Positions 18,630 through 28,498 are shown, numbered from the stretch's first letter. The stretch is DNA of 64,000 bases from Candidatus Binatia bacterium (GCA_963666515.2 OY762897.2:1664001-1728000); one strand, 5' to 3'. The notes: generated from the sequence alone by a model not told the origin. Made by a program: numbers and translations.

Positions 18630-19745
18630 ATGATACTCGCCATCGACAACACCGAAGCGGAGCAACTCCTCGACATGGAGATGAGCCTGGACGCCCTCGA
18701 AGAGACCTACCGGGACCTCGGCACCGGGGCCTCCATCACCAGCCCGCGAATCGACCTGCTGACTCCGGATTCCTATGTCGACGACGAGGGCAACACGCTT
18801 CCCGGCGCCCACAGCCTCAAAACCATGTCGGCCTCCACCCAGAAGTACGCAGCCATTCGTTTCCTTACGGACAAGCTTTACTGGCAGGAGCGCCACGGCA
18901 ACTTTCGCCGCGACCGCACCCCCGGCACCCGAAGGGCCCATAGCGTGACACGGGGCCTCCTGTTCCTTTTCAGCCTGGAGAACGGCGACCTGCTGGCCCT
19001 CGTCAGCGAAGGGCACATCCGCAACCTCCGCGTGGGCGCGGCCGCAGGGCTGGCGGCGAGATACCTGGCCAAGAGCGGCGCCTCCAACATTTGCGTGCTC
19101 GGCAGCGGCTTCATGGCGGGCGCGCACCTGGACGCGATGCTGAGATCGGTCGACGGGATCAAGTCGGTTCGAGTTTTCAGCCCCAACCCCTCGCATCGAC
19201 AGCGTTTCGTCGAGGATCCGCGGTGGGAGGAATGTCCGGACGTGGCAGCCGCTGACAACGCCGAGGAGGCTGTCCGCGGGAGCGACATCGTGATCATCGC
19301 CACCAACGCCCTGACGCCGGTAATCCAGACAGGTTGGCTGAAGCCCGGTCAATATGTCTGCACCGTGCGCCACTGCGAGGTCGCGCCGGAGACCTTCGCC
19401 CGCTTCGACATTCTCGCCGTCAACTCCAGGGACAACCTGGGACCGACGACCTTCGTCGCCAACAACTCGCACGGGCCGTTGCCGCCGCAGGTGCTGCTGG
19501 ACATCGAGAAGGGCTACCCCCCGGGCGATGCCGTGAACATCGACTGGGACAAGGCTCCCGATCTTCCGGATCTACTGTTAAACCGTCACCCGGGCCGGAC
19601 CGACTCCGAACAGATCACCTGCTTCAACAACAGCGTCGGGTTCGGGCTACAGTTCGCCGCGTTGGCGGGGAAGGTGTACGAGGCCGCCGTGGACAAGGGA
19701 GTCGGACGGGAGATTCCGGAGGACATGTTTCCGGACCTGTTCTAG
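18630..19745 (+). CDS. Ornithine cyclodeaminase/mu-crystallin family protein
   Basis: LRVGAAA, VLGSGFMA, WLKPGQYV, SVGFGLQF. Confidence 0.85.
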   Translation: MILAIDNTEAEQLLDMEMSLDALEETYRDLGTGASITSPRIDLLTPDSYVDDEGNTLPGAHSLKTMSASTQKYAAIRFLTDKLYWQERHGNFRRDRTPGTRRAHSVTRGLLFLFSLENGDLLALVSEGHIRNLRVGAAAGLAARYLAKSGASNICVLGSGFMAGAHLDAMLRSVDGIKSVRVFSPNPSHRQRFVEDPRWEECPDVAAADNAEEAVRGSDIVIIATNALTPVIQTGWLKPGQYVCTVRHCEVAPETFARFDILAVNSRDNLGPTTFVANNSHGPLPPQVLLDIEKGYPPGDAVNIDWDKAPDLPDLLLNRHPGRTDSEQITCFNNSVGFGLQFAALAGKVYEAAVDKGVGREIPEDMFPDLF

Positions 19746-19989
19746 TGACCGCGGAGATAGTCTTCGCGCGGCCGGCCACCTGAGACGACGTCCGGTTAGC
19801 GAGAATGCATCACACCCCCCGGTTCCCTGCCACCTCATGAATCACTAACCCGAACTTCCCGGCGGACCAAGCTTGAGTTGCAGGGTCAAGTGGTTGAAAA
19901 GGCAAGGAAAATTGCAAATATCGAGTTGAAACGGGATTCCTATGTAGGCATGTATATAGGGGGATGCCTGGTTATTGCGGCTTTTATGC

Positions 19990-20026
19990 TTGACATTATA
20001 GTGGATCATGGCCTACTATAGTAGGC
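19990..20026 (+). promoter_or_regulatory. Transposase promoter candidate overlapped by a 16-bp palindrome
   Basis: TTGACA (19990) then 18 nt then TACTAT (20014). Palindrome GCCTACTATAGTAGGC (20011-20026) abuts the ATG. Confidence 0.45.
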
Positions 20027-21766
20027 ATGTACGTAACCGCCGTCCCCAATCGCAACTCGCCCCCGGCCATCCTGCTGCGGGAAAGCTACCGCCACAACGG
20101 TAAAGTCAAGAGCCGAACCCTCGCCAACCTCTCCAAATGGCCTCAAGCCAGGATCGAAGCCCTGCGCCGGGTGCTCAAGGACGAACCGCTGGCGGCCCCG
20201 GAACAAGCCCTCGACATCGTCCGCTCCCTGCCCCACGGTCATGTGGCCGCTACCCTGGGCACCGTGCGCAAGCTGGGACTGGACCGCCTCATCTCACCCC
20301 AACCCTCGCCTGAACGGGACCGCGTCCTCGCCCTGGTGGTGGCCCGTGTCCTGGCCCCGGGCTCGAAGCTGGCCACCGCCCGCGGCCTGGCTCGGGAAAC
20401 CGCTCGGGATTCGCTGGCCTCAACCCTCGGTCTGGACGACAGCAACGAGGATGACCTGTACGCAGCCATGGACTGGCTGTTGGAACGCCAAGGGGCCATC
20501 GAGAAGCGTCTGGCCAAGCGCCATCTTGAGGAAGGCTCCCTGGTGCTCTACGACGTGACCTCAAGCTACGTCGAGGGCCGACGCTGTCCCCTGGCCCGGC
20601 ACGGCTACTCCCGAGACGGCAAGCGGGGCAAGCTCCAGATCGTCTTTGGACTGTTGTGCAACCGAGAGGGCTGTCCCGTGGCGGTGGAGGTGTTTGAGGG
20701 CCACACCGCAGACCCGGCCACCCTGAGCACCCAGATCGACAAGCTGCGCCGACGCTTCGCTCTTGCCCGAGTGGTGCTGGTGGGGGACCGGGGCCTGCTC
20801 ACCACAGCGCGCATCCGCGAGGAAGTGCAACCCGCAGGGCTGGACTGGATCAGCGCCTTGCGCGCACCGGCCATCCGCAGGCTGGCCGAAGACGGGGCTT
20901 TGCAACCCTCGCTGTTCGACCAGCGCCACTTGGCCGAGATCACATCCCAGGACTATCCCGCAGAACGCCTGATCGTGTGCCGCAATCCCCTGCTTGCCCA
21001 AGAGCGGGCACGCAAGCGCGAAGCCCTGCTCCAGGCCACCGAACGAGAACTCGACCGCATCGCCGCCGCCACCACCCGTGAGAAGCGCCGCCTGAGCGAT
21101 CCCGGCCGCATCCAGCAGCGCCTCGGCAAGGTCTTGGGCAAACACAAGGTCGGCAAGCACTTCGAGACGGCTGTCTCCGAGGACGGCGTGTTGACCTATG
21201 AACGCCGTGCCACAGCCATCGCTCAGGAAGCCGCCCTCGACGGCTTCTACGTCATCCGTACCAACCTCCCCCAGGCCATGCTCAATGCCCAGGAGACGGT
21301 GGGCGCCTACAAGAGTCTGAGTGTGGTGGAACGAGCCTTCCGCAGCTACAAGACCGTGGACCTCAAGGTACGCCCCATCTTCCACTACGCCGCCCACAGG
21401 GTCCGTGCCCACGTCTTCCTGTGCATGCTCGCCTACTATGTCGAGTGGCACATGCGCCAACGCCTCAAGCCCCTGCTGTTCGACGACCACGATCCCCAAG
21501 CCGCCGAAGCCCTGCGCCCCTCCGTGGTCGCCCCCGCTCAGGTCTCCCCCGCCGCCAAGGACAAGGCCGACCGCAAAATCACCGCCTCAGGCCTGCCCGT
21601 GCACAGCTTCCGCTCCCTGCTCAAGGACTTGGCCACCATCGCTATGAACCGCGTCGTCACACCCCAACTCCCCGATGCACAACCCTTCGACATCATTACC
21701 CGCCCCACTCCCCTCCAGGCTCAAATCTTCAAACTCTTGGGGGTGCGCATCGAACGTACTCAGTAA
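20027..21766 (+). CDS. IS1634-family DDE transposase
   Basis: LYDVTSSY, GYSRDGK, VGDRG, VERAFRSYK..LKVRPIFH..RVRAHVFLC. Confidence 0.92.
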   Translation: MYVTAVPNRNSPPAILLRESYRHNGKVKSRTLANLSKWPQARIEALRRVLKDEPLAAPEQALDIVRSLPHGHVAATLGTVRKLGLDRLISPQPSPERDRVLALVVARVLAPGSKLATARGLARETARDSLASTLGLDDSNEDDLYAAMDWLLERQGAIEKRLAKRHLEEGSLVLYDVTSSYVEGRRCPLARHGYSRDGKRGKLQIVFGLLCNREGCPVAVEVFEGHTADPATLSTQIDKLRRRFALARVVLVGDRGLLTTARIREEVQPAGLDWISALRAPAIRRLAEDGALQPSLFDQRHLAEITSQDYPAERLIVCRNPLLAQERARKREALLQATERELDRIAAATTREKRRLSDPGRIQQRLGKVLGKHKVGKHFETAVSEDGVLTYERRATAIAQEAALDGFYVIRTNLPQAMLNAQETVGAYKSLSVVERAFRSYKTVDLKVRPIFHYAAHRVRAHVFLCMLAYYVEWHMRQRLKPLLFDDHDPQAAEALRPSVVAPAQVSPAAKDKADRKITASGLPVHSFRSLLKDLATIAMNRVVTPQLPDAQPFDIITRPTPLQAQIFKLLGVRIERTQ

Positions 21767-21832
21767 CCCATACCCCACTTCTCCTCTTTCCCCATCAAAA
21801 TCAATAAGTTAGTATATCGCGGCTCTCGAAGT

Positions 21833-21997
21833 TCAGACTAACCGGTCGCGCCCGAGTTCGACGTAGTCGGAAGTATCGAGTGCAGAAAGGATCGCTTCCA
21901 GATTTCGTTGAAACAAGCCCTCAAGGTCCGCATTGCCGATGTTACCAGTGCAACCAAGAGCAGCTTGTGAGGTTTGCGCGTCAACGAGAAACCGCAT
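21833..21997 (-). pseudogene. DUF5615/PIN-type toxin remnant (internal deletion; 3' end cut by IS1634)
   Basis: MRFLVDAQ joined almost directly to TGNIGNADLEGLF...VELGRDRLV. The tail IHEVAG.. continues on the far side of the IS at about 19843-19820. TGATG coupling to the DUF433 gene. Confidence 0.65.
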
Positions 21998-22233
21998 CAG
22001 CCGACAGCCTGCACACCCTTCACTTGGCTCAAGCGCGTTGCGAAGGCAAAAACGGCCAAGATGTCCTCATGTTCCAAGTCGTCGTAGTCCGCAAGGATAT
22101 CCTCTTCGGTCATGCCTGCACTAAGCAATTCCAGGATCATGTCCACGGGGTACCGCAAACCGCGGATACACGGCTTCCCATGGCAAATTGAAGGGTCCGT
22201 TGTAATGCGTTCGAGCAGTTCCGAGGATTTCAT
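21997..22233 (-). CDS. DUF433 antitoxin-like protein
   Basis: RITTDPSICHGKPCIRGLRYPV..ILELL..GM..EDILADY. Confidence 0.85.
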   Translation of the reverse strand: MKSSELLERITTDPSICHGKPCIRGLRYPVDMILELLSAGMTEEDILADYDDLEHEDILAVFAFATRLSQVKGVQAVG

Positions 22234-22378
22234 CCGCCAAGCCCTCCTTCTCAAACGTTAACGCGCCGAACAACCAATGGGGGGTCCGCAACGCGAATCC
22301 GTTGGTTATCTTGCCTCAACAGCGATCCGGCAAGCAACCATCAATCTTCCCTACTCCGGTTACGAGAAAGAAGCGGGT

Positions 22379-24064
22379 TTATGGCACTGCCAGAAGTTTC
22401 CATGGAGTCGGCGGCGGCACCAGCGGAGTCGCGATGGGCTCGGTCCACAGCCGCGGCCCATCTTTCCCCTTCTCGATCAGTATCCACTTGAGCCATTTCT
22501 CGTCATCGCGGTCGGGGTAGTCCTCGCGCATGTGGCTCATGCGGCTTTCCCGGCGCAGCAGCGACGCTTCCAGCATCAGCCTGGCAGTTTCCACCATGCA
22601 TTGCGTCTCCCGCAGGCGCACGAACCCGTGGACGTGGGCGGCATGGCTTCGGCCGCCGCGCTCGGCGATGTCCTCCAACTCCCGCAATGCTTGCCGCAGC
22701 CGGGTTTCGTGCTTAAAGATGGAGACCTCGTAAGGGAAGATGAGGGACTGGAGCGCGCGCAGGAGGTCATCGTCGCTCTTCTCTTCGCCGTCGCGCCATC
22801 CCGCCGAAACCTCCGCCTTGACCGACCGGGCCTGTCCTTCGGACACCCGCGGCCCGTCGAGCCGCCGGGCGTCATCCGCGGCGCTCTTGCCGGCAATCCA
22901 GCCGGTGCCGTTGCAGGCGCCGATGTGGAACCCGGCGAAGTGGCTCGCGCAGCTCGCCTGCGCCAGTCCGGCCGCCAGCAGACCGGGGACCGATGAGCGG
23001 CACGCGGCGTCGGTCTTGATGCCGAGCTTGGTCATCTGGAATAGCGGGTAGTACTCGGTCTTGCCGAACATGTCGATGCGCGCCCGGTCCCCGAGCTTGC
23101 GGAAGAAGTAATCCATCCACGCCACTGAGCTTTGCAGGTACTGCCCGCGCTCTTCTTCCGGAATCAGCGACATGTCCAGGTAGAGCGGCGTTCGCCCCTC
23201 CTTCTTCTCCTGCACCATGGCCTTGCTCAGTGCCTGCACGTCGGCCCGGTCCGACCAGTCGGGTTCGTACCGTTCCATGAACGGCTCGCCTTCGGCGTTG
23301 ATGAACCTCGCGCCGTCCTGGATGGCGAAGGTGATGCCCTCGAAGTAGAACTTGGGTGTGCCCGGACGGAGATAGCCGAACTCGGCGTTGGTGAGCGCCG
23401 CGCCCGCGTCGTAGGCGAGGTGCGTGCCGGTGCCGGTGATGTCGCGGACGAAACCGGCCCTGAAGGTGACGCTGTTGGTGGCCAACACGGTGGCCCCGGC
23501 CCGGACCATGACGAACTCGCCGGTGCGGCCGTCGATCCCGAAGACGCCGGTGACGCGTCCGTCGTCGTCTCGGGCGAGATCAGTGACGAAGACCCGCTCC
23601 AGCAGGTCCACGCCCTCGGCCTCCAACGCCTTGCGTAGCCGCCAGCAGTACTCCAGTCCGCCGCCGTCAGGTTTGAGGACCTTGGTGACCTTGAGGCCGC
23701 GAGTGGGACGGCGGATGAAGCGGCCGTCCTCCTTGGGGAACACGAGGCCCATCTTCTCCAGCTCCAGCAACTGGAAGTGCGAGACCGACAGGACATCGCG
23801 GATGAGCTCCTGCTCGGCGATCCACTCGTTCCCCTCGACGATATCGCGCACGCAGGCGTCGAGGTCGTCGTCGGGCGTGACCACCACCATCCAGGCATTG
23901 GAGAAGGCCGTGTGCCCGGTGCGCCCCACCATGCGGGCGTCGAGCAGGGTAACCCGCCCGTCCGGCAGGTGGCGTTTCGCGCTCAGCGCGGCCCAGAGCC
24001 CACCGGCGCCCGCGCCAACGACGAGCACGTCCGTGTCGATAAGTCTGCCGATCCTGTCAAGCAT
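22379..24064 (-). CDS. FAD-dependent oxidoreductase, SdhA/FrdA/AprA flavoprotein family
   Basis: DVLVVGAGAGG dinucleotide motif; C-terminal RRESRMSHMREDYPDRDDEKWLKW. Confidence 0.8.
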   Translation of the reverse strand: MLDRIGRLIDTDVLVVGAGAGGLWAALSAKRHLPDGRVTLLDARMVGRTGHTAFSNAWMVVVTPDDDLDACVRDIVEGNEWIAEQELIRDVLSVSHFQLLELEKMGLVFPKEDGRFIRRPTRGLKVTKVLKPDGGGLEYCWRLRKALEAEGVDLLERVFVTDLARDDDGRVTGVFGIDGRTGEFVMVRAGATVLATNSVTFRAGFVRDITGTGTHLAYDAGAALTNAEFGYLRPGTPKFYFEGITFAIQDGARFINAEGEPFMERYEPDWSDRADVQALSKAMVQEKKEGRTPLYLDMSLIPEEERGQYLQSSVAWMDYFFRKLGDRARIDMFGKTEYYPLFQMTKLGIKTDAACRSSVPGLLAAGLAQASCASHFAGFHIGACNGTGWIAGKSAADDARRLDGPRVSEGQARSVKAEVSAGWRDGEEKSDDDLLRALQSLIFPYEVSIFKHETRLRQALRELEDIAERGGRSHAAHVHGFVRLRETQCMVETARLMLEASLLRRESRMSHMREDYPDRDDEKWLKWILIEKGKDGPRLWTEPIATPLVPPPTPWKLLAVP

Positions 24065-24113
24065 TTGCGGCTACCCGTTGGCGCGCGGCGCCTTGCCCAT
24101 CCCGCGTTCGGCT

Positions 24114-24332
24114 TTACCAGGGAAGCGGCCGGCGCCTTACGATGGGATGGACGTCGATACACTGCACCGGGCAGAAGATCTCGCAGTTGAAGCAGGTGAC
24201 GCAGTGTTCCACGTGCTTGAGGACCGGCACGAGCCGGCCGCCTTGCTCTTCCATGTGGATGACGTCCGCGGGGCATACGGGGTCGCAGTCCCCACAACTC
24301 GTGCACTTCTCCAGGTCGATGTCGATGATCAT
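24114..24332 (-). CDS. 2x[4Fe-4S] ferredoxin (AprB-like, short)
   Basis: CTSCGDCDPVCP and CVTCFNCEIFCP. Confidence 0.85.
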   Translation of the reverse strand: MIIDIDLEKCTSCGDCDPVCPADVIHMEEQGGRLVPVLKHVEHCVTCFNCEIFCPVQCIDVHPIVRRRPLPW

Positions 24333-24372
24333 GACGGAGCCGGCAATGAGCGGCGACGCTTCCGCCCGGCGG

Positions 24373-25347
24373 TCAGGAATCGAGGCCGAGAAGTCCCGCC
24401 GCGGTGCCGCCCATGATCGCGTCCTTCTCGGCGTCGGTCAACGGCAGCCCGCGGATGGCGTCGATGTAGTCCCGGAGCGCGGTCATGCCCTTGCCGGTGT
24501 CGGTGCTGACGCCGGTGAAGTCCTGGGGGTAGTCGGTGGCGAACACCAGCCGGTCGGGGCGGATGCCCTGGAGGGCGCAGCCCAAGGCGACGGTGCCCCC
24601 CTCGAAGCCGGCCATGTCGAAGTAGAGCATGTCGAAGTAGTGCTCGAAGGGTTTGTTCAGGGTGCCGAACCGGTACGCCTTGGCCACGAGCCGGTCCTTC
24701 ACCCCGGCGATGCCGCCGCCGAAGTGGCCGATGACGAACTTGAGATTGGGAAAACGCTCCAGCACTCCGCCGGCGACGATGCGCGTGGCGGCCACCGCCA
24801 AGTCCACCTCGCGGCCCAGGATGCGGGCCAGATCGTAGTCCAGCAGCAGCTCGTAGCCCTGGGGAACCATGGCGGGATGGACGAAGATGGGGACATCGAG
24901 GGCGCTGACCTTCTCGTAGAACGGATAGAGCTGCTCCGAATCCAGCGGCAGGCCCCGGAACTGGGAGGTGGTGGCGACGCCGTGGAGCCCCAACTCGCCG
25001 ACGGCCCGATCGAACTCGGCCATGGCGGACGGGCCGCCCAGGAGCGGCGCCTGCGCCAAGCCGACGAAACGACCCGGATAGCGGCGCTGCAACTCCGCAA
25101 GGCTGTCGTTGATGGCGCGGTTGTCCTCCAGGGCGGCGTCCCACCCCAGGAGGCAGGAGAGCACAGATACGTCCACCCCCGCGTCGTCCATGTCACGGAG
25201 CTGCATCTCGGCGTCGTAGAGCCGCGCGTGCATGGTCAGCCGGGGCACACCCGTGTCGAGCTTGGCGAAGGACGGCTCCTCGGAGTAGAGCCCGTGCTTC
25301 TGCGCGATCTCCTTGGGGACGTAGTGATGCTGGAAGTCGACGATCAT
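24373..25347 (-). CDS. Amidohydrolase_2 family protein (decarboxylase/hydratase-like)
   Basis: DFQHH, FVHP, GHFGGG, FATDYP. Confidence 0.85.
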   Translation of the reverse strand: MIVDFQHHYVPKEIAQKHGLYSEEPSFAKLDTGVPRLTMHARLYDAEMQLRDMDDAGVDVSVLSCLLGWDAALEDNRAINDSLAELQRRYPGRFVGLAQAPLLGGPSAMAEFDRAVGELGLHGVATTSQFRGLPLDSEQLYPFYEKVSALDVPIFVHPAMVPQGYELLLDYDLARILGREVDLAVAATRIVAGGVLERFPNLKFVIGHFGGGIAGVKDRLVAKAYRFGTLNKPFEHYFDMLYFDMAGFEGGTVALGCALQGIRPDRLVFATDYPQDFTGVSTDTGKGMTALRDYIDAIRGLPLTDAEKDAIMGGTAAGLLGLDS

Positions 25348-25419
25348 GAAACAACCCTCAAGATGTCGGTGCCGGCAGCCGACGATCCGCGCCGGACACC
25401 CAGTCCACGCACCGCCAGC

Positions 25420-26508
25420 CTATGGTGACGGCGAGTATCCCTTGTCCAGCCACTCGCCCAGGTCGGCGCCGAACCACTCGGTGGGCAGCTCGCGGCCCAG
25501 GCCCCGCTTCTTGCACTCCTCGTAGATCACCGCGCCGGCCGCGGCAAACTGGATACCCACGCCGGTGTTGCTCTTGTAGTAGACGATCTCGTCGTCGCTC
25601 TTGCGCCCCGGGTTCTCGCCGATGAGCACCTGGCCCAGCTCGCAGATGTTGTCCCAGCTTATCTTCCCTTCGTCGATGAGATCGAGCATCTCCCGCTGCT
25701 GGTTGGTGAGCGAGGTCTGCTTGTTATTGAGCACGATCAGATCGGCCCGGAGGAAGGTGGTGGCGTCGGCCTCGGTGCGGCGGTGCACGCCGTCGCTGTT
25801 GACGATGGTGGTGACCAACTGGCCGGGCACGAGCCAATCCCCGTCAAACACCGGCGCGCTGGCGTTGGTGGCGCACATGACGATGTCCGCGCCCTCCACC
25901 ACCGCCCTTGCGTTGTCCACGGGGCGCACCTGGACGTCGAGCTTGCCGGTCATCTCCATGGCGAAGCGTTCCCGGTGCTCCTTGGTGACGCTGTAAACGC
26001 GCACCTCGCGCACGTCGCGGACCGCGCAGATGGCGGCCAGGTTCTGCTCGGCCTCGTTGCCCGAGCCGAAAAGCCCCACCACCCGGCTGTCCTCACGCGA
26101 CAGCGCGCGGGTGGCGACGCCCGTGGTGGCGCCGACGCGTATGGATGAAAGGCTGAAGTCGTGGATGATGGCCAGGGGCTGAGCGTCCTCCAGGCTGAAC
26201 AGCAGCACGAACCCCCAGCTCCGGCGCGCCGGGTACGGGTAGTCCATGCGCTTCAAGCCGTCCACCATCCGCTCCCGCACCACCATGGAGTCGTAACGGA
26301 GCGCCGCCACCCCGGAACTCGGCACCGCGCCGGGGATGATGTTGGCCATGTAGCCGTCGGAATCCCGGTCCGGCGGCACCTTGTAGCGGGTACGCGGCCG
26401 GTTGACCGCGATGCCCCGCGCCTCCTCGGCAAAGGCCCGCTCCATGTCGTCGATGATGTCCTCCACCCGAAGCACCTGCTTCACGTCGGGATCGGTGATC
26501 AGCAGCAT
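25420..26508 (-). CDS. Ornithine cyclodeaminase/mu-crystallin family protein
   Basis: IRVGATT, GLFGSGNEA, WLVPGQLV, YKSNTGVGIQF. The start could be 26514. Confidence 0.85.
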   Translation of the reverse strand: MLLITDPDVKQVLRVEDIIDDMERAFAEEARGIAVNRPRTRYKVPPDRDSDGYMANIIPGAVPSSGVAALRYDSMVVRERMVDGLKRMDYPYPARRSWGFVLLFSLEDAQPLAIIHDFSLSSIRVGATTGVATRALSREDSRVVGLFGSGNEAEQNLAAICAVRDVREVRVYSVTKEHRERFAMEMTGKLDVQVRPVDNARAVVEGADIVMCATNASAPVFDGDWLVPGQLVTTIVNSDGVHRRTEADATTFLRADLIVLNNKQTSLTNQQREMLDLIDEGKISWDNICELGQVLIGENPGRKSDDEIVYYKSNTGVGIQFAAAGAVIYEECKKRGLGRELPTEWFGADLGEWLDKGYSPSP

Positions 26509-26742
26509 TGGCAACTCCCCTTTCAGGCCGCGCCGACGGACGGATCGAGGCGGCGCGCGCTCACGCCGGACGGCCCGGCATCGGATACGGTTCCCATGAA
26601 AACAGCCCCATGTCTATCAGATCGATAGCGGTGTGACGAACACGCACGCCGCAACGCGTCTTGCCGCCCTCCGTGCCCCTCTGGTACACTCGAAACCGTG
26701 ACGTGATCGGAGCCCGACCGTCACGCCCGCATGGCCGACCAC

Positions 26743-26818
26743 GAGCCGTTAGCTCAGCAGGTAGAGCATCTGCCTTTTAAGCAGAGGGTCGCCGGTTCGA
26801 TCCCGGCACGGCTCACCA
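26743..26818 (+). tRNA. tRNA-Lys (anticodon UUU)
   Basis: GAGCCGT acceptor stem pairing with ACGGCTC, AGCTCAG..GGTAGAGC D arm, CTTTTAA anticodon loop, GGTTCGATCCC T arm, encoded CCA; 76 nt. Confidence 0.95.
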
Positions 26819-26953
26819 ACAATTTCAACAACTTATGCGGGAATCGGAAAACGTTACGAAACACCTTGTGAACGACTTTGTCACCGGCTCCCGGAAACTT
26901 GCATGGCGCGCACATTCTGGTGTCTACTGTAAGCGACGAAAGGGGAAAGGCCC

Positions 26954-27205
26954 ATGACCGAGTTTGAGATTGCAAACCTCGCAGTACGACACGCGGCGCT
27001 GACGGCCGTCTATGTGCAAGCGGCCGTGGCCGGGACTGTGGGACTGATTCAGGCCGGCTTGATTACATGGGGATTGCTTCTCATGCGCCGGGCTGGCGAC
27101 CAACGCGAGAAACGAGAGGATGCCCGGCACGCCGAGAGCATGGAAGCACTCAGGGCCTTGATTCACGGCATGGAGACGGTGATTGAACGGACCGGAAAGG
27201 GCTGA
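26954..27205 (+). CDS. Small hypothetical membrane protein
   Basis: 83 aa with one hydrophobic segment and a charged helical tail. Purine-rich RBS. Confidence 0.55.
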   Translation: MTEFEIANLAVRHAALTAVYVQAAVAGTVGLIQAGLITWGLLLMRRAGDQREKREDARHAESMEALRALIHGMETVIERTGKG

Positions 27206-27290
27206 GGTGACTGAGCAATCAGTCACGCGGACCGCGCGCTGATCGACAATCATCCGAGACCCTGGCGGGCCGGTTGTCCCTATAGCGGGA

Positions 27291-27725
27291 TCAGCCCAAC
27301 GTCCATTCCTGCCCTTCGACGACTTCGCCGTCCACGCATACGTAGTCCATCTCGTCCTCGGTGTTGGTGCCGCCGGAGGTGTCGATCCGTCGGATCCCCT
27401 TGCGGTCGGGCTTGTAGGCGGCGAAGCGCAGCAGGGCCAGCGGGATGTCGCCGGTGTTCTCGAACTGGTAGTAGTGGCCCTCCGGCAGCAGGATACCGTC
27501 GCCCTTCCTGAGCACCGTGCGCTTCTCTTCCTTGTCGAAGAACGTCGCCTCGCCGTCCAGCACCACGAACATGTGATCCTCGCCCGGGTGGGTGTGGAGC
27601 TTGTTCTTGCGGCCGGGGGCGTAGTAGTTGAGGCCGCTCATCAGGACGTCGGTCCGCACCAGCGGCATGTGGCTGCGGCCGCCGGTGATGCAGGGGGTCT
27701 TTACCGAAAAGGTCTGGGCTTCCAT
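27291..27725 (-). CDS. Cupin domain protein
   Basis: LHTHPGEDHMFVVLDGE..GILLPEG. AGGAGG RBS before MEAQTF. Confidence 0.8.
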   Translation of the reverse strand: MEAQTFSVKTPCITGGRSHMPLVRTDVLMSGLNYYAPGRKNKLHTHPGEDHMFVVLDGEATFFDKEEKRTVLRKGDGILLPEGHYYQFENTGDIPLALLRFAAYKPDRKGIRRIDTSGGTNTEDEMDYVCVDGEVVEGQEWTLG

Positions 27726-27782
27726 GGTTCTCCTCCTTGGGAAAGTCCGGTGATGTGGCGCCGCGATGGACTCCATAGTGGC

Positions 27783-27801
27783 CTATCCCCCATTCCGATA
27801 G
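27783..27801. promoter_or_regulatory. LysR-type box candidate CTATC-N9-GATAG
   Basis: ATC-N9-GAT / T-N11-A symmetry between the divergent cupin and phosphatase genes. Confidence 0.35.
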
Positions 27802-27825
27802 AAATTTCAAGGTCCATTGGCTAGG

Positions 27826-28476
27826 ATGTCCGGCATGGAACCCACCTACGTCATGGTGGTGAGGCACGGCGAGACCGAGTGGAACACCGAGGGCCGGCGC
27901 CAGGGCCACCTCGACAGCACGCTCACCGCCAAGGGGCGCGCGCAGGCGGAAGCGCTGGCGCAACGCTTCACCCCGGAGAGCTGCGACGCCATCTACAGCA
28001 GCGACCTGGGGCGGGCGTACGAGACCGCCAGGACCATCGCGGAAAAGACCGGCCACGAGATCGTCCCCGACGCCCGCCTGCGCGAGCGCAACCTCGGCAT
28101 CTTCCAGGGGCTCGACGGCGACGAGATCCGCGCGCGCTACCCGACGGAGTACGAGCAGCACCGCAACGGCGGCGCAGACCACGCCGTGCCCGAGGGCGAA
28201 AGCTTCCGGGAGCAAACCGAGCGGAACATGCGGTGCCTGGAGGAGTTGGCGAAGCGCCACGCCGGAGAGATCATCATGGTGGTGACCCACGGGGGGGTCC
28301 TGAGCGCGCTATTCCGGCACACCCTGGACATCTCCCTGGACGCGCCAAGGCGCTTCTCCTTCAAGAACGCCAGCGTCAATCTCTTCAAGTTCCAGGACGG
28401 CATCTGGGGGCTGGAGACCTGGGGCGACATCACCCACCTGCAACGGGTGGGCGCCCTGGACCTGTCCTACTTCTGA
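27826..28476 (+). CDS. Histidine phosphatase (phosphoglycerate mutase-like) family protein
   Basis: [21 protein letters not shown]. Exact start uncertain. Confidence 0.85.
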   Translation: MSGMEPTYVMVVRHGETEWNTEGRRQGHLDSTLTAKGRAQAEALAQRFTPESCDAIYSSDLGRAYETARTIAEKTGHEIVPDARLRERNLGIFQGLDGDEIRARYPTEYEQHRNGGADHAVPEGESFREQTERNMRCLEELAKRHAGEIIMVVTHGGVLSALFRHTLDISLDAPRRFSFKNASVNLFKFQDGIWGLETWGDITHLQRVGALDLSYF

Positions 28477-28498
28477 GCGACACGGAGACAAGGACGAC

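Larger units (their letters stand above)
19850..21836 (+). mobile_element. IS1634-family insertion sequence
   Basis: Terminal IRs CCGAACTTC (19850-19858) and GAAGTTCAG (21828-21836). 6-bp direct repeat ACTAAC at 19844-19849 and 21837-21842. Confidence 0.85.

Noticed and set aside
22379-24332. Call as true aprAB or sdhA
   Set aside because: The ferredoxin lacks AprB hallmarks, and no sat/qmo or sdhBCD genes are nearby.
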